64,000 nucleotides of DNA from Camelus ferus (GCF_009834535.1 NC_045697.1:60452001-60516000); one strand, 5' to 3'. Shown: positions 1-13,351, counted from the first letter of the stretch. The notes: generated from the letters alone by a model not told the origin. Numbers and translations are program-made.

Positions 1-27
1 TTATCCTTTCCTTTGAGATCACTATAT

Positions 28-2990
28 TCATTGGTATATAATTGTTTATAGTATTCTCATAATCCTTTGTATTTCTATGGCATTTGTTTTAACATCTTTT
101 TCATTTCTGATTTTGAGTTCTATCTCTTTGTTCTTTGTGAATTTAGCTAAAAGTTAATCAGCTTTGTTTATTTTTTCAAAGAGCCAACTCTTCATTTCAT
201 TCATTGTTTCAGTCTGTTTAATTATTTCCACTGATACTTATTTCCTCCCTTCTACTAAAATTTGGCTTCCTTCTAATTATTTGAAGTGTAAAGTTCAGTT
301 TATTTTAGATTGTTCTTGTTTCTTGAGGTAGACATTTTTATGAACTTCCTCTTAAGACTGCTTTTGCTGCATCTCATAAGATTTGATACTTTTTTTGTCT
401 TTTGATTTCTCTTTCAATTCTTTGGTCATTTCTTGTTTAGTAGCATGTTGTTTAATCTCCACATATTTGTGAATTCTCCAGTTTTATTCTTGTAGTTGAT
501 TTCCAGTTTCATACCATTGTGGTAGGAAAAGATGCTTGATATGAGTTCAATTTCCTTAAATTTATCAAGACTTGTTTTGTGGCCTAACACATCTTGCTGA
601 ATATCCCATGCACACTTGAGAAGATGCATATCAGTTTGTTTCTGGATGGAATATTTTGTATATATCTGTTAAGCATATATGGTCTGATGTGTTATTTAAA
701 GTGTATCTTTCCTTGTTAATTTTCTGTCTGGATGAGCTATTCATAGGTGTAAGTGTGGTATTAAACTCCCCTACTACTACCGTATTGCTGTGTATTTCTC
801 TGTTGAAGTCTATCAATATTTGTTTTATGTATTTAGGTGCTTCTATGCTGGGTGCATAAATATTTACAAAAGTTATAGCTCTTCTTGGATGGACTCCTGC
901 ATCATTATATAATGACCTTCATTATCTCTTATTACAGGCTTTGTTTTATAACTCTATTTTGCCTGATATAAGTGTAGCTACTCGAAATTCTTTATTTGCT
1001 TTCCAGTTGCAGGTAATACCTTTCTCCATGCTTCACTTTCAATTTGTGTGTCTTTACATCTGAAGTGAATATCTTATAAGCAGCATATAGATAGGGCTTG
1101 TTTTTTTTAATCCATTGAGACACTCAATTTTTACTGGATAATTTAGTCAATTTACGTTTTAAGTAATTATTGATAAATATAGAATTCTTGCCATTTTCCA
1201 TTTGTTTTCCTATAGTTTTTTAGTTCTCCTGTTTCCTTCTTTGCTTGTTCTATTTCTTAGCGGTTTGATAACATTTTTTAGTAGTCTATGCTTAGATTTC
1301 TTTTTCTCTTTATATCTATTATAGGTTTTCTTTTGTGGTTACCATGAGGCTTACATATAACATATATTTATAATAGCCTATTTTAAACTGATAACAGCTA
1401 AAATTTGAATGCACTCTAAAGCTCTACATTTTTACTCTCCCCCTACAATTTGTTTTTGATGTCACATTTTACATCCTTTTATCTTATGTATCCCTTAACT
1501 AACTATTGTTGTAATTTAGCTACTTACTTTGTCTTTAACCTTCATACTGGCTTTATGAGTAATTTACCCACTACCTTTACTATATATTAAATTTTACCAG
1601 TGAGAATTATACTTGCATATGTTTTCTTGTTTCCAAGAAATGCCCTTTCTTTTCAGACTAAAAAAAAAAGTCATTTTTAAAATTTCTTGTGTGGCCAGTT
1701 TAGGGATGAGGAAAATCTTTACCTTTTGCTTGTCTAGGAAACTTTTTATCTCTCTTTCAATTCTGATCAGTAACTTTGCTAGGTAGAATATTCTTGGTTG
1801 GAAGTTTTTTGTTTTGTTTTATTTCAGCTCTTTGAGCATATTATGCCACTCCTTTCTGGTCTGCAGTTTCTGCTAAAAAGCCTACTATAGTCTTATGAGG
1901 GTTCTTTTATAAATAACAAATTGTTTTTCTCTTGCTGCTTTTAAGATTCTCTCCTTGTCTTTTAACTTTTAGCATCTTAATTATATTGTGGCTTACGTGG
2001 GTCTCTTTGGGTTCATCTTATCTGGAATTCTTGGGGCTTCTTGGACCTAGATACCTGTTTCCTTCCCAGGTTAGGAAAGTTATCAGCTGTTATTTCTTCA
2101 AGTACATTTTCTGGCTACTCGTATGATAAGAATATTATTCCACTGGACATTATCCCATAAGTCCCTTAAGCCATAATCACTTAAGGTTTTTTTCCCTTTC
2201 TTTTTTGCTTCTCTAATTGAGTTAGTTTCACTGAGTTCACCGATCCTTCTGCTTCCTCCAGACTGCTGTTGAACCCCTCTAGTGTATTTTTTTTTTTCAG
2301 TTCAGTTATTGTATTTTTCAACTTGGTAACTCTGTTTGGTCCTTTCTTGTATATTCTATCTCTTTATTGAAGTTCCCACTTTGTTCATCCATTCTTCCCC
2401 TGAGTTCAGTTAGCATCTTTATGACTATTACCTTGAACTCCTTATCAGGTAAATTACTTACCCTGTTTTATTATGATTATTTTTCTGATTTCATTTTATT
2501 TCTTCTCCTATGTCGGTTCCTATGCAGTAGACAAAACAGCCACCTCTCCCAGTCTCAAAGGAGTAGAGTAGGCTTCTGCAGGTGATCTAACTTTTTGTTT
2601 CCCCCAACCCTACCTCTTAGTTCTCTTTCAATTCTTTGTGATTGTCCAAGCAGCCTACTTTACTTTTAATATCTCTATGTAGTTGAGACCGTGCCAAGAC
2701 TTGTCAGTGTCTGAAAGTGGAAGATCTCAGTCAGCATGTAGATTCAGGCTTTTTGGAAGCCAAACCCTCACACAGCAATTTTTAAAAGTATGTAAAAGTA
2801 TTAGATCCTATGAGACTGCGAGTTTAAGCCCATCTGGACACCAGAGCCAGGTGATCTATAGGTGTCCCCTGAGTGCAGTAGCAAAAATGGAGCCCCACAT
2901 GAGTGTATAAGCATCTATCTGTGAGAGTCAAAAGCTATAGTGAGGCAGAGAGAGAATGCAAAGATGGTGTGCACCAGCCTGTATTCCCTG
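28..2990 (-). mobile_element. Degenerate LINE-1: part of 5'UTR, ORF1, and 5' part of ORF2 (endonuclease region)
   Basis: Minus ORFs 426-629 and 631-816 give L1 endonuclease-like peptides (HKTSLDKFKEIELISSIFSYHNGMKLEIN; NTVVVGEFNTTLTPMNSSSRQKINKE). The reverse complement aligns by eye with the L1 at 48360-51745. Confidence 0.93.
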
Positions 2991-3059
2991 AAATGTTTAT
3001 CATGACTTAAAGTAGAACATAAGTTTTATAACAAATAGCAAATGGTGTTATTTGTGAAT

Positions 3060-3655
3060 TCACTACATATTTATTGATCATATTCTATGTTACATGCTCT
3101 ACGTTAAATATTGGAAAATGTAATAGTAAAAAATATTGCAGATACTGATTATAGTGGGAAGGAAAACATTGCTTTGGAGGAAAATGAACAACAGCATGAC
3201 TTGTGGGCATATAACCAGGGTTCTTAATGAAGTCTTGGAAGTTGAGGAGGCTCCCCCTGAGGTGAGGTTTAAGCTGGAGCTGAGGAACACATTTTCAATA
3301 TAACCAGGAGAGAAGATGGTGGAAACGTCCTGCAGCAGAAAGATCCTTTGTGAAGACCCTGAGATGGGAAAAAGTTAAATAATACTAAGAATAGATTGTA
3401 ACTGAAGGAAGCGTGATGAGGAGTAAGACAAAGCCTAGATCTTTAGGGACTTACCAATGACATTAAGGATTTTAAAATTTATCCCAAGAGCAAAGGCAAG
3501 CGATTGAATAGTTTTAAGCAGGAGATGGCACTATTAAATTTGAATTAAAAATTAGTGCATGAAATAATTTCTTTTAATATATAAAGGCAAGAGTAGATTT
3601 TAAAGGATCAGTTCAGAGGTGGTGGCCACTGTCTAGGGAAGATAAGATGACACCT
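3060..3655 (-). mobile_element. LINE-2 3' fragment
   Basis: Begins with an L2-tail-like 'catatttattgatcatattctatgt', followed by purine-rich text typical of antisense L2. Confidence 0.7.
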
Positions 3656-5319
3656 TATTCTCTTTTTGTTTATTTTTGTCTTTTTACACCATATTTTAAA
3701 AAACTTTTTGTTCCCTTGTTTTATTCTTCTAATCTGTCTCCTTTCAGGCATTTAATCTTTTAGATATTTAACTCAAGTTGACTTAAAATAAAAAACTAGC
3801 CTGTCAATCATTTATTAATCTGTTTTAAGTTTCATGTTGCCATCAGTTTGAATTTATGGACAAAAGAATTTATTTTCTAATTCTAGTCTAGGGAAGTGAG
3901 TAATTTTGAAGGATACATTAAAATAAAATAAAGACATTAATGAATAAGCTGTTGGTGAATTTCTACCAGCTGTGTGATTTTAAAGAGAATGTTGACTTCA
4001 CTTAATCCAATAACATAAATCTGAATTGGGCATCTAAAATGGAAAATAAATGTTTGGGCAGCTAAGATATTCCAGGCATAAAAGAGATAAATGCCAGGAC
4101 ATTACATTTATTTTTATGTTTCAGCTCATTTATAATCTCTAAATTTCTAAATTCTTATTTTTCCCTAAGGAAATCTGACTATATCTTCCTTTTTCTTTAC
4201 TCTCAAGGCATAGCCATTACTTTGTGTTACTTTTTGTAAATTAATGATAAATGGGTAAATGCATCAGATATTTTTATGAAACTGTATAATTAATTATATA
4301 CATAAGCCTTTCTGAGAACATGTTTCTTATTCTCAGTGTCTCAATATATGATTCTACCAGAATGTATAAATTTATTTAAATCATTTTTTGCAAAAAAAAA
4401 AAAAGAAAAGACCTGGTTGAATAAATATGAAATCTACTATTAGAGAGTACTAAATTTTTCTTCATTAACCTTTAGAATTTGTTTATGAATATATATTTTA
4501 AAACATTATAAGTTTGGTTTCTATCTTATGTTAAATATGGTTGTGTACTTTTCCACATTTCTTTGCCTCTAAAAGTAATATATCTAGTGAAACAGAACAG
4601 AAGCAAAACTCAAATTCCTTCATACTCAGATTTTTTTCAAAAGAATTTTTAAATTTAATGTTTTTCTTCATATGTTATTTTTTCTCAATAATTTCAACAT
4701 CATCCCTCACTCTTTCCCTCCCAGATTCTGGTGTGTGACCCTTTCTATATAAATAATTCTAGGTTGTTTTTATAGTCTTTGGGGGAGAGGATTAGGAAAC
4801 AATTTTTCTGGGTTTCTAAGAAAGGCATATTTTATGCATTGATACTCAAAAGAATTTGATTTACATACTATGTGTCTAGTAGTGTTCCAGAAATAAAATA
4901 ATTATAAATCATCTCAAATAATTTAAACTGAATATCACGTTTATTATATAGAAAAAACAATTGCCGTTATAATATAGTTTCAAGGAAAAGTGTTAAATTA
5001 TTTTCTGAAAGACAAAGTGGATTTCTTCACATGAAGGGAGATGAGGTGATTCCCTGTAAACAGTCCTGCCTGTAAGCAGTAGGGCTGTGAGGGCAAACTT
5101 ACGGTGAATGTAGAGTATCATAGCTTGATAGCACTGGAGCAGACCTTTTATCTAAAGGAATAATGTGCAATAATTCAGTATATTTTTTCAGCTTTCAGAG
5201 AAACAGAACCACTAGGATTTAATGCTAATTAACTAATTTGAATGCTGGTCAGTCTCTTTGAGGCTATTGTTTTCTGTCTGGTGCTAGAACTAACAGTCCT
5301 CAAAGGGAGATTTTATCTA

Positions 5320-6200
5320 TATATATAAATTTTAAGAGTTCTTTGTACATTTTATATAATAGTCCTTTATGAGATGTCTTTTGCAGATAATTTCTCCTAG
5401 TCTCTGGTTTGTCTTCTAATTCCCTTGGCATAATCTTTTGCAGAGCAGAAGATTTTAATTTTAATAAAGTCTAGCTTATTGTTTCTTTGATGGATCATGT
5501 CTTAGGTATTGTACTTTAAAAGTATCACCACCATACCCATAGTCATCTCAGTTTTCTCCTATTATGTCTTCAAGGAACTTTGTACTTTCTAATTATACTT
5601 TTAGGTCTGATCCATTTTGAGTTAATTTTTGTGAAGGATGTAAGGTCTGTGTCTAGGTTCATCTTTTTGCATGTGTGTGTCCAGGATTTTCAGACCATTT
5701 GTTGAAAATCTATCTTTGCTCCATTGTATTGCCTTTGTTCCTTTGTCAAACATCAGTTGACTACATTTGTGTGGGTTTATTTCTTGGCTCTTATTTTGTT
5801 CCATTGATCTGTTTCTCTATCTTTTGCCAACACTGCACTATCTTTATTACTGTTAACTTTGTAGTAACTCTTGAATTTGGATAGCATTTGTCCCCCAGCT
5901 TCATTCTTCTCCTTCAGTATTTTGTTGGCTACTCTGGGTCTTTTTTGTTTCTCTGCATAAACTAAATTTAGAGTCAGTTTGTTATCCATGAAATAACTTG
6001 CTTTGATTTTGACTGGTATTGCATTGAATCTGTAGATCAAGTTGGGAAGAACACCTTGAAAATGTTGAGTCTTTCTGTTCATGAACATGGAATTCTCTAT
6101 TTATTTAGTTCTTTGATGTCATTCATCAGAGTTTTATAGTTTTCTTCATAAATCTTGTATGTATTTTGTAAATTTATACCTAAGTATTTAACTTTTGGTC
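5320..6200 (-). mobile_element. Old LINE-1 ORF2 fragment (post-RT region)
   Basis: Minus ORFs 5777-6088 (LPNLIYRFNAIPVKI...KSYYK) and 5622-5804 (QLMFDKGTKAIQW) are L1 ORF2-like. Confidence 0.9.
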
Positions 6201-6234
6201 AAATAATTCTAAAATTGTTAAATTGTAGAATTCC

Positions 6235-6535
6235 TAAAGTTACAGGTCTGCATTCCTTCTGGAAGCTCAGAATTGTATCCATGTTTTTTCTATCTTCTAG
6301 AGACTTCCTGCATTCCATGGATTATTGGTATCTACCAAGCCAGCAGTATAGCATATTCCAGTTTCTCACTCTCTTTCATGCTTTCTCTTACCCTCCTGTC
6401 ATCCTTTTATAATCTCCCTTGTTATTACATTGACTTCACCTGAATAATCCATGATCATCTCTTTCCCAAATGATCCTTAGCCTAATCACGTTTAGAAAGA
6501 CTTGTTGACATTAGGAGCCATCAATTAACCTATCG
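6235..6535 (-). mobile_element. MaLR (MLT1-type) LTR fragment
   Basis: MLT1-like motifs 'ctgcattccttctggaagctc', 'cttctagagacttcctgcattcc' and 'gttattacattgacttcacctgaataatcc'. Confidence 0.7.
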
Positions 6536-6539
6536 TACT

Positions 6540-6980
6540 ATGTCCTCTGGTTTATTAATCTTTTCCTTTTCTTTTCAGAATATCTAATATTCTGTTTATC
6601 TAATTCAATGCATTTTTCATTATAGAAATTATAGTTTACAGCACTAGAAATTTTTTGTTATTTTATTTACCTTTGATGTTTCTACTTAGCATGCTCATCT
6701 TTCTTCTGGTTTTTTAAACATATGAAATAGTTATGTCCTTTGATATCCTTGTCTATGCTATTAATTCTATCATTTATGCTATTTCTGGGTATGTTTCAAT
6801 TGTTTTTTATCCTCATTATAGTTAGTATGTTACCGCTTCTTTGCATGGATAATGATTTTTTAAATAACAAACTTTGTAAATTTTACCTTGCTGTGTGATA
6901 TATATTTATAATGTCCCTATAAATATTCTTGAGGTTTTTTATAAGATACAGTTAAGTTAGAATTTTATATAATCTTTTTG
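6540..6980 (-). mobile_element. Very old L1 fragment (ORF1/5' region)
   Basis: T-rich sequence resembling antisense old L1M; highly degenerate. Confidence 0.45.
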
Positions 6981-7039
6981 AATATCAAAGCATTAGGGAC
7001 TGTAGAGAGCTGTAATGGACCTTCCAGGGTTTGACAGGT

Positions 7040-7330
7040 CTATATCCCAGTGGATGTAGCTCTGTCACCTGGGAACTTTTTCAAAGCCCATATGTCTGAA
7101 ACCTACCCAATCTAAAGTAATTAAAATAACGTCTAGAAGTATGGAGGGGTGAGGGAGAAGATGAAATTTTGAAAAACTTTGCAATTGCTTATTCCTGGTT
7201 AAGCATCAAAATGTATTCCAAATCCCTAATTTCAGAAATGGAAGCTGTGAGGTGCCTAAAGCTAAAAAGTGGCATAGTCGAAGCCCAACATGTTCATTAG
7301 TAGCTAGGCAGAGAGTAGGAACCAGGCTGA
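7040..7330. mobile_element. Degenerate MER5A-like hAT MITE followed by a MIR fragment
   Basis: 'tcacctgggaactttttcaaa' is MER5A-like; 7223-7328 resembles an antisense MIR core. Confidence 0.4.
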
Positions 7331-7651
7331 AACTATTTCATTACAACAAATTTTTATATACACCAATACCATTTTATAAAATACCCAATTCATTTTCTTC
7401 TTGTTGTTTTAGCCCTACTGAAGTCTGAAACTAGGGAGGTTTAAGAGAAATAGGGAAATATAAACAGACTAATATTTATCTTTTATTTATGCATATAATT
7501 ACACCCCAGATTTGCAGAATATATTTTAAGCCTGCACACTCCAATTTCACTAGAAAGTCTCATTTCACATTAGGACTATTTATAAAAATAAAAAGAAAGA
7601 GAAAAGAAATAGGTATCAGCAAAGAAGCTAAGCATTTTCTCTGTAATTCTT

Positions 7652-7752
7652 GACTGTGAAACTTTATGAGCTAAATTTCAGGGTGTATATGGTGATGCCT
7701 TTATGCCTAGCTTAGTACATTTCACTTAGTCGGACTTCAGTAGGTATTTATA
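7652..7752 (+). mobile_element. L2 3' end remnant
   Basis: Resembles the L2 terminus, ending 'cttcagtaggtattta'. Confidence 0.4.
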
Positions 7753-8939
7753 GAGAGACATTAATTTTCTAGTTGAAAAACAGGCTTCCTTTGTTTTTTT
7801 TTCTTATATTATTTTCTCTCCATATTTCCAGCTGCCTTTTGTTTGACATTCTTACTGTAAGGTGGTGAAACACAGTGTTGGTATGGGTATTTCTAGTGCC
7901 CTTTGTCAAATTTATGTACAGTGCTCAAGTAGTACTTTGAGTGTTCATTCTCCTTCCTCCTATCTTTGATTGGACCTTACCATTGGACACATTGCCAGCC
8001 TGAGTTAAATTATAATTTCAGTTGTGAAAATTATATTTTCCAGGGAAAACATGCAATTTTGTTCCTTTGTGTTTTAAACAGTGAATCTATATTTGGGCAG
8101 GTGATTTTGCACCACAAAAAGCTGTCTTAATTCTAAACTGAGAACCAATTGGCATAGATAAAAGAGTTACTAACAAAGAGCACACCCTCATATACAAATA
8201 AAGAACTGGTTTCACAAGAAATATTCCAAGTATACTTGAGCAGTATTTTCAGGTTTTCTTGTTAAAGTGTTTAAAAAAAATGTCATATTATAAACCAGCT
8301 TTTGTTAATACAGACAGAGAAATGTGAACAAAAGACAACTATCTCATTGTGAGTCAAGGAAACCTACAATAATGTTAACTTGAATAGCTATTAAAATAAA
8401 TTGATTTTTTAAAAGAAACAATCAAATTTAAGCAAGTTTCAAGCATTTTTCATGAGGTCTGAAATTTTTGCCCTCCGGTAAAGATCTAAAAATTTCCAGA
8501 TAATTGTAGGAGTGATTAATTTCATTATCCTAAACAGAGATGCTTGTGAAATTTGAATTTAAAGTAAAACAAGATAATAGAATCTTTCACTAACAAATTT
8601 CACTTTTATTCCATTAGTTTTATTCAACCTGGGGGAAAAAAACCCTCAAAAATAATCATTTATGGAAAAAGCATAATGATTTCCCCACAGTAAAATTTAA
8701 ATGAGAAACATAGAGTTAAAATAATCTAAATTATTTAGATCAGAAATAACATCTAATTCTCAACCATTGTTAATATTAGTATTGATATAGGTACTTTTAA
8801 AATAATTATGATATAAATGCACACAGAATATGGAATTTTCATAATATCTCACCCAACTGCACTTCTGGATTTTATACTTGACACCTAAGTGTGAGATCAA
8901 GGAGGGGTTGTGTGTTCATAAACATTGCATATTCTGAAA

Positions 8940-9135
8940 AAAATGTGGGCTCTAGAGTCAGAATTAGGGCACTAATTTCATCTCTGGTATATGGCAGCAG
9001 CATTGCTGAGGCCATGAACTCTAGAATCAGAAACACATGGGTTTATAATGTTTTGTTATTTTTTAAATTAATGTTAGTTGAGAAAGTACAAGTAGAAAAG
9101 CTCAGCACAATTCCTGAAATATATCAATGATTCAA
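8940..9135 (+). mobile_element. MIR remnant
   Basis: MIR head motif 'gtgggctctagagtcaga' and tail-like 'ctcagcacaattcctga'. Confidence 0.5.
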
Positions 9136-9734
9136 GATACTCTATTTTTCATTAGTTGTAGTACAGTCACACTAACTATATGACCATGTGTGTCAAGGTG
9201 GTATAGGTCTGCATGAGTGTATGTTTATATTTTAATCCATGAATAAGGGATACACTGTCTTATATTTTGAGTGTTGGTAATGATATATGTAAAATGTATG
9301 GTATGTATTTTGCATTTTATTTATATGAGAGATAGTAGCTCCTGTATTCAATTATTACAATTCAGCCTTCAAAATTCACAACTTTTGAAATTACTGAATA
9401 AATGGAATCATCATGGTATTGAAAAGTAATTAAATACTGTGCTTTGATCATTAAAGCCAATAATTATATCTATCTATGTTTATATTTACTGTTCATATCA
9501 GTTAAGGATATTTCACAGATTTATCTATGAAAGTTCTTTCCTTCCAAAACAACAACAAAAAAACTATCAAATCTTACCATTGTTGGCCTTGTGAATGGCA
9601 TACTGTTTCAGTTCGGTACTATAAAACAGGAGTTCTATAAGATTCAGACCACTCAGACAAACAAAATAAACAAACAAAAATTAAGAGCATCTTTATTTTC
9701 TATTCTAATGCATCGATACACATGATGATATTTC

Positions 9735-9839
9735 TTTCGATATAATTGACATATAACATTATATTAGTTTCAGGTGTACAACATAATGCCCCAATATTTG
9801 TGTATATTGTGAAATGATGCTTTCCATAGTGGCTGCACC
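9735..9839 (-). mobile_element. L1 3' terminus (L1MA9-like) joined to a short upstream L1 piece
   Basis: 'ataattgacatataacattatattagtttcaggtgtacaacataat' matches the remembered L1MA9-type 3' end. 'tttccatagtggctgcacc' comes from further upstream in L1 and also occurs at about 13215. Confidence 0.85.
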
Positions 9840-9917
9840 TGGCTTTGTTTTTATTCTCAGGGTTGTTTGGGCATGCATTAAAATGCTGGTGTTGGAAAAA
9901 GAAAAAAAAAAAAAAAA

Positions 9918-10431
9918 CTGGCAGCAGAGCGGAGAGAAGTGAGAGCTTTGTACCTGACACTTTGGGTGTGCCCACAATCCAGTAGGAAGATCCTCGTGTG
10001 GGGGATTCCCAGAGGTCCTGGGGCTTGTCTGTTGCTGAAATCCTAGAGAACACAGCAGGAAATGCCTCCATTAAGTTCTTTTTGCCTTCCTTGGCCCTCT
10101 CATTTCCTTCCCCCTAGTCACAGAGGTACCTCCACAGAAAGAGCAACAGGACCCCTCTATCTGAAGTCCATGTGGCCTGGAAGACTTTCATTACCACTTT
10201 CACTTTCCACTTCCTCTGTCAGAAAGGTCATTGTGCTTACCCTGCTGCTCAAACTCCCTTGGCATCGTAGCCTCCTCTGAGGTCCAGTCTACCTGCTTTA
10301 GGATGCATAGATGGATGGATCTCTGGTGTCCTGTGCAGAAGTACTTTTATCAGTCATGGATGTCTGATTAGTTGTGAATAGCGGGGGACAGATAAAAGGA
10401 AAGTTTCAGACTGCTGTGATGCTGACTTCCC
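9918..10431 (-). mobile_element. Probable L1 5'UTR with its 5' end near 10431
   Basis: The reverse complement reads 'gaagtcagcatcacagcag...acaactaatcagacatccat...ctgcacaggacaccagagatccat', resembling a laurasiatherian L1 5' end as I recall it. It is GC-richer than its flanks. Confidence 0.55.
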
Positions 10432-10835
10432 TGGGAGGTTTTGATTACTGATTCAGCATCCTCACTAGCACTTGATTGTTCCTATTTTCTATTTCTTCAT
10501 GATTCAGTCTTAACAGGCTGTATGTTTCTTGAAATTTATCCATTTTTTTAGGTTATACAGTTTTTTTGGTGTGTAATTGTTTATAAGAGTCTCTTATGAT
10601 CCTTTGTATTTCTGTGGTATCAGTTGTAATAGCTCCTCTATCATTTTAATTTTATTGGAGTCCTCTCTTGTTTCTTAAAAAGGGGTTTGGTTTGTCAGTT
10701 TTATCTTTTTAAGGTATCTTTCCAAAGCTGTTACTTTTACTGATCCTTTCTATTTTCTTTTATGCCTCCATTTTATTCATTTCTGCTCTGATATTTCCTT
10801 CCTTGTACCAACTTGGGGCTTCATTTGGTCTTCTT
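10432..10835 (-). mobile_element. L1 ORF2 fragment
   Basis: Antisense ORF2 text 'ttttgattactgattc...cttatgatcctttgtatttctgtggtatcagttgtaat'; overlaps the ORF2 region seen at 30-300. Confidence 0.88.
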
Positions 10836-10894
10836 GTATACATACGAAGATTTTTATGAAGACTGCAAATACTAAATTCCTATTATGTTGCCAG

Positions 10895-11110
10895 GAATAA
10901 TGGCTAACTTATATAAAGTTCTTATTTAGTGCTAACCTATGTTGTAAGCTAGACATGTCAGTAATATCAACAGCTGTATGGTATAGTTACTATGGGTCAA
11001 AGGGATATTAAACAGTTTATAAATTTTCAGAGTTGTTAAGTGGCAGAACCAATTCTTAACTAGGAAATTGACCTCAACCATATATCAAATCACTATGCTA
11101 TGTGACCATA
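10895..11110 (-). mobile_element. MIR remnant
   Basis: Antisense MIR pattern 'ataatggctaactta...aagtggcagaacca'. Confidence 0.5.
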
Positions 11111-11904
11111 TGCTTTACTTTTATATAAATACTGATCTATTTCTGAAATCACGTCTACACTCAATTTTTACTGTTCATTTTTCCTGTAATGATTTTAGTA
11201 CCCTACAGTTTTTAATCTTTTACTTTATATTTATCATTTATGATGGCTTCATCCACTTTTGATGATGGTATTGTTCTCTTCGTGATGTTTTAGAGATTCT
11301 TCCATTGTGGTCTGGCATTTAATATTACAAAAGATATGGATGTATGTTTCTATTTTTAACTTTGTTTTTATTTCTTAGTTTTGTTGTTTCCATGTTTTCT
11401 TTTTCATGTTTCCTCTAGCTTATTGGTGTTTTCTATTTTATGTTTTAGTCAAACTATTATTTCATGGATTCTAAATTTATTTTTTCTAAAACTTAAATTC
11501 TCTTGGAGTGAATTTGTAATTTAATATACAACATCATGTATTCAACAGGATTGTATTTAAGAGTAACTGATTTTATATCATGAAGAAGCCTAGAATTTGA
11601 GAGTAATAAAAGAAACCATATTAACTTTTAAAGTAAGTGAATCTGAATAACTGAGTCCTCATGTTAGAGTCCTTATAACAGTCCTTATTAAAAAACAAAG
11701 TACAGTCATTAGGACTACACTAAAAGTTATCTTTGTTCAGTTCATTAATCTAAATAACTGACATGGAAATGAAAACTGGACAACAAGTTACTACAAACTT
11801 TCTATGATACTGACATCAATTGTCCATCAAAAAATACTTTCTGAATCCAGATACTCATTTTGGTTTTTCACCAATTACTTTTTTTTTTAAATATATGGAG
11901 GATA

Positions 11905-12050
11905 GTATCCTATATTTATTCATTGATTCATTTATTGATTCATTCTTTCAACAATTATTAAAAGCTTACAGTAAGCCTGACACAGTAGTAGGTAATAGGG
12001 CTGCAGCAGGACTAAAGACAAAGCCCCCTGACTTCATAGAACGTATTTCA
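11905..12050 (-). mobile_element. L2 3' end
   Basis: (ATTC)n-like tail followed by 'caacaattattaaaagcttac...gacaaagccccctgacttcatagaac'. Confidence 0.75.
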
Positions 12051-12539
12051 TGATGTTTGATTATTTTCCATGTGTCAGAAGTTGCCTTAGGTAACTGGTT
12101 TATAATATATTCAAATAATCTCTTATAATACCCACAAATTCTCCACTTTACATATATTTATTCAATTTTATTATCAAAAACAAATATCTAATTATTTCAG
12201 CATTCTATTTTTAACATGCATAAATTTCCTCTGGACTAGATGAAGTGTAAAAATATTTTTTATTTATGTAAGGATGTAATGTCTAACAGTGTTGAAATAA
12301 GAGTTATTTCACTCTGTAGAGATTATTAACTCACATTACGTGTAAAACCAAAGAATGCCCACTACAAAATCATTGTGAAAGTTGTGTTAGGAGGTCACTT
12401 CTATATGATATATATATATAAAATCTCCACCATTTCAATTGGTAAACTATAGTGCCTCATAATGTCATGTAATGGCAGGAATAAAGACACAATGTAAACA
12501 TCTGAACTTACTACTCAAGTAAATTATTCCAGCTTTTTT

Positions 12540-13351
12540 TTTTTTTAACATTTTTTATTGATTTATAATCATTTTACACAGTTGTGTCAAATTCCAGTGT
12601 TCAGCACAATTTTTCAGTCATACATGGACACATACACACTCATTGTCACATTTTTTTCTCTGTGAGCTACCATAACGTTTTGTGTATATTTCCCTGTGCT
12701 ATACAGTACAATCTTGTTTATCTATTCTACAATTTTGAAATTCCAGTCTATCCCTTCCCACCCTCCGCCCCCCTGGCAACCACAAGTCTGTATTCTCTGT
12801 CTATGAGTCTATTTCTGTCCTGTATTTACATTTTGTTTTTGTATGTTTGTTTGTTTTTTAGATTCCACATACGAGCGATCTCATATGGTATTTTTCTTTC
12901 TCTTTCTGGCTTACTTCGCTTAGAGTAACATTCTCCAGGAGCATCCATGTTGCTGCAAATGGCGTTATGTTGTTGGTTTTTATGGCTGAGTAGTATTCCA
13001 TTGTATAAATATACCACCTCTTCTTTATCCAGTCACCTGTTGATGGACATTTAGGCTGTTTCCATGTTTTGGCTATTGTAAATAGTGCTGCTATGAACAT
13101 TGGGGTGCAGGTGTCATCCTGAAGTAGGGTCCCTTCTGGATACAAGCCCAGGAGTGGGATTCCTGGGTCATATGGTAAGTCTATTCCTAGTCTTTTGAGG
13201 AATCTCCACACTGTTTTCCATAGTGGCTGCACCAAATTGCATTCCCACCAGCAGTGCAGGAGGGTTCCCCTTTCTCCATAGCCTCTCCAGCATTTGTCAT
13301 TTGTGGATTTTTGAATGACGGCCATTCTGACTGGTGTGAGGTGATGCCTCA
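12540..13351 (-). mobile_element. Young 5'-truncated LINE-1 (about 0.8 kb) with a 15-bp TSD
   Basis: TSD tattccagctttttt at 12525-12539 and 13352-13366, poly(T) tail, 3'UTR and an uninterrupted ORF2 C-terminus. Confidence 0.97.

Noticed and set aside
9700..10071. 123-aa minus-strand ORF as a novel protein
   Set aside because: It runs across repeat junctions and a homopolymer (poly-Phe) and ends in L1 3'UTR sequence.
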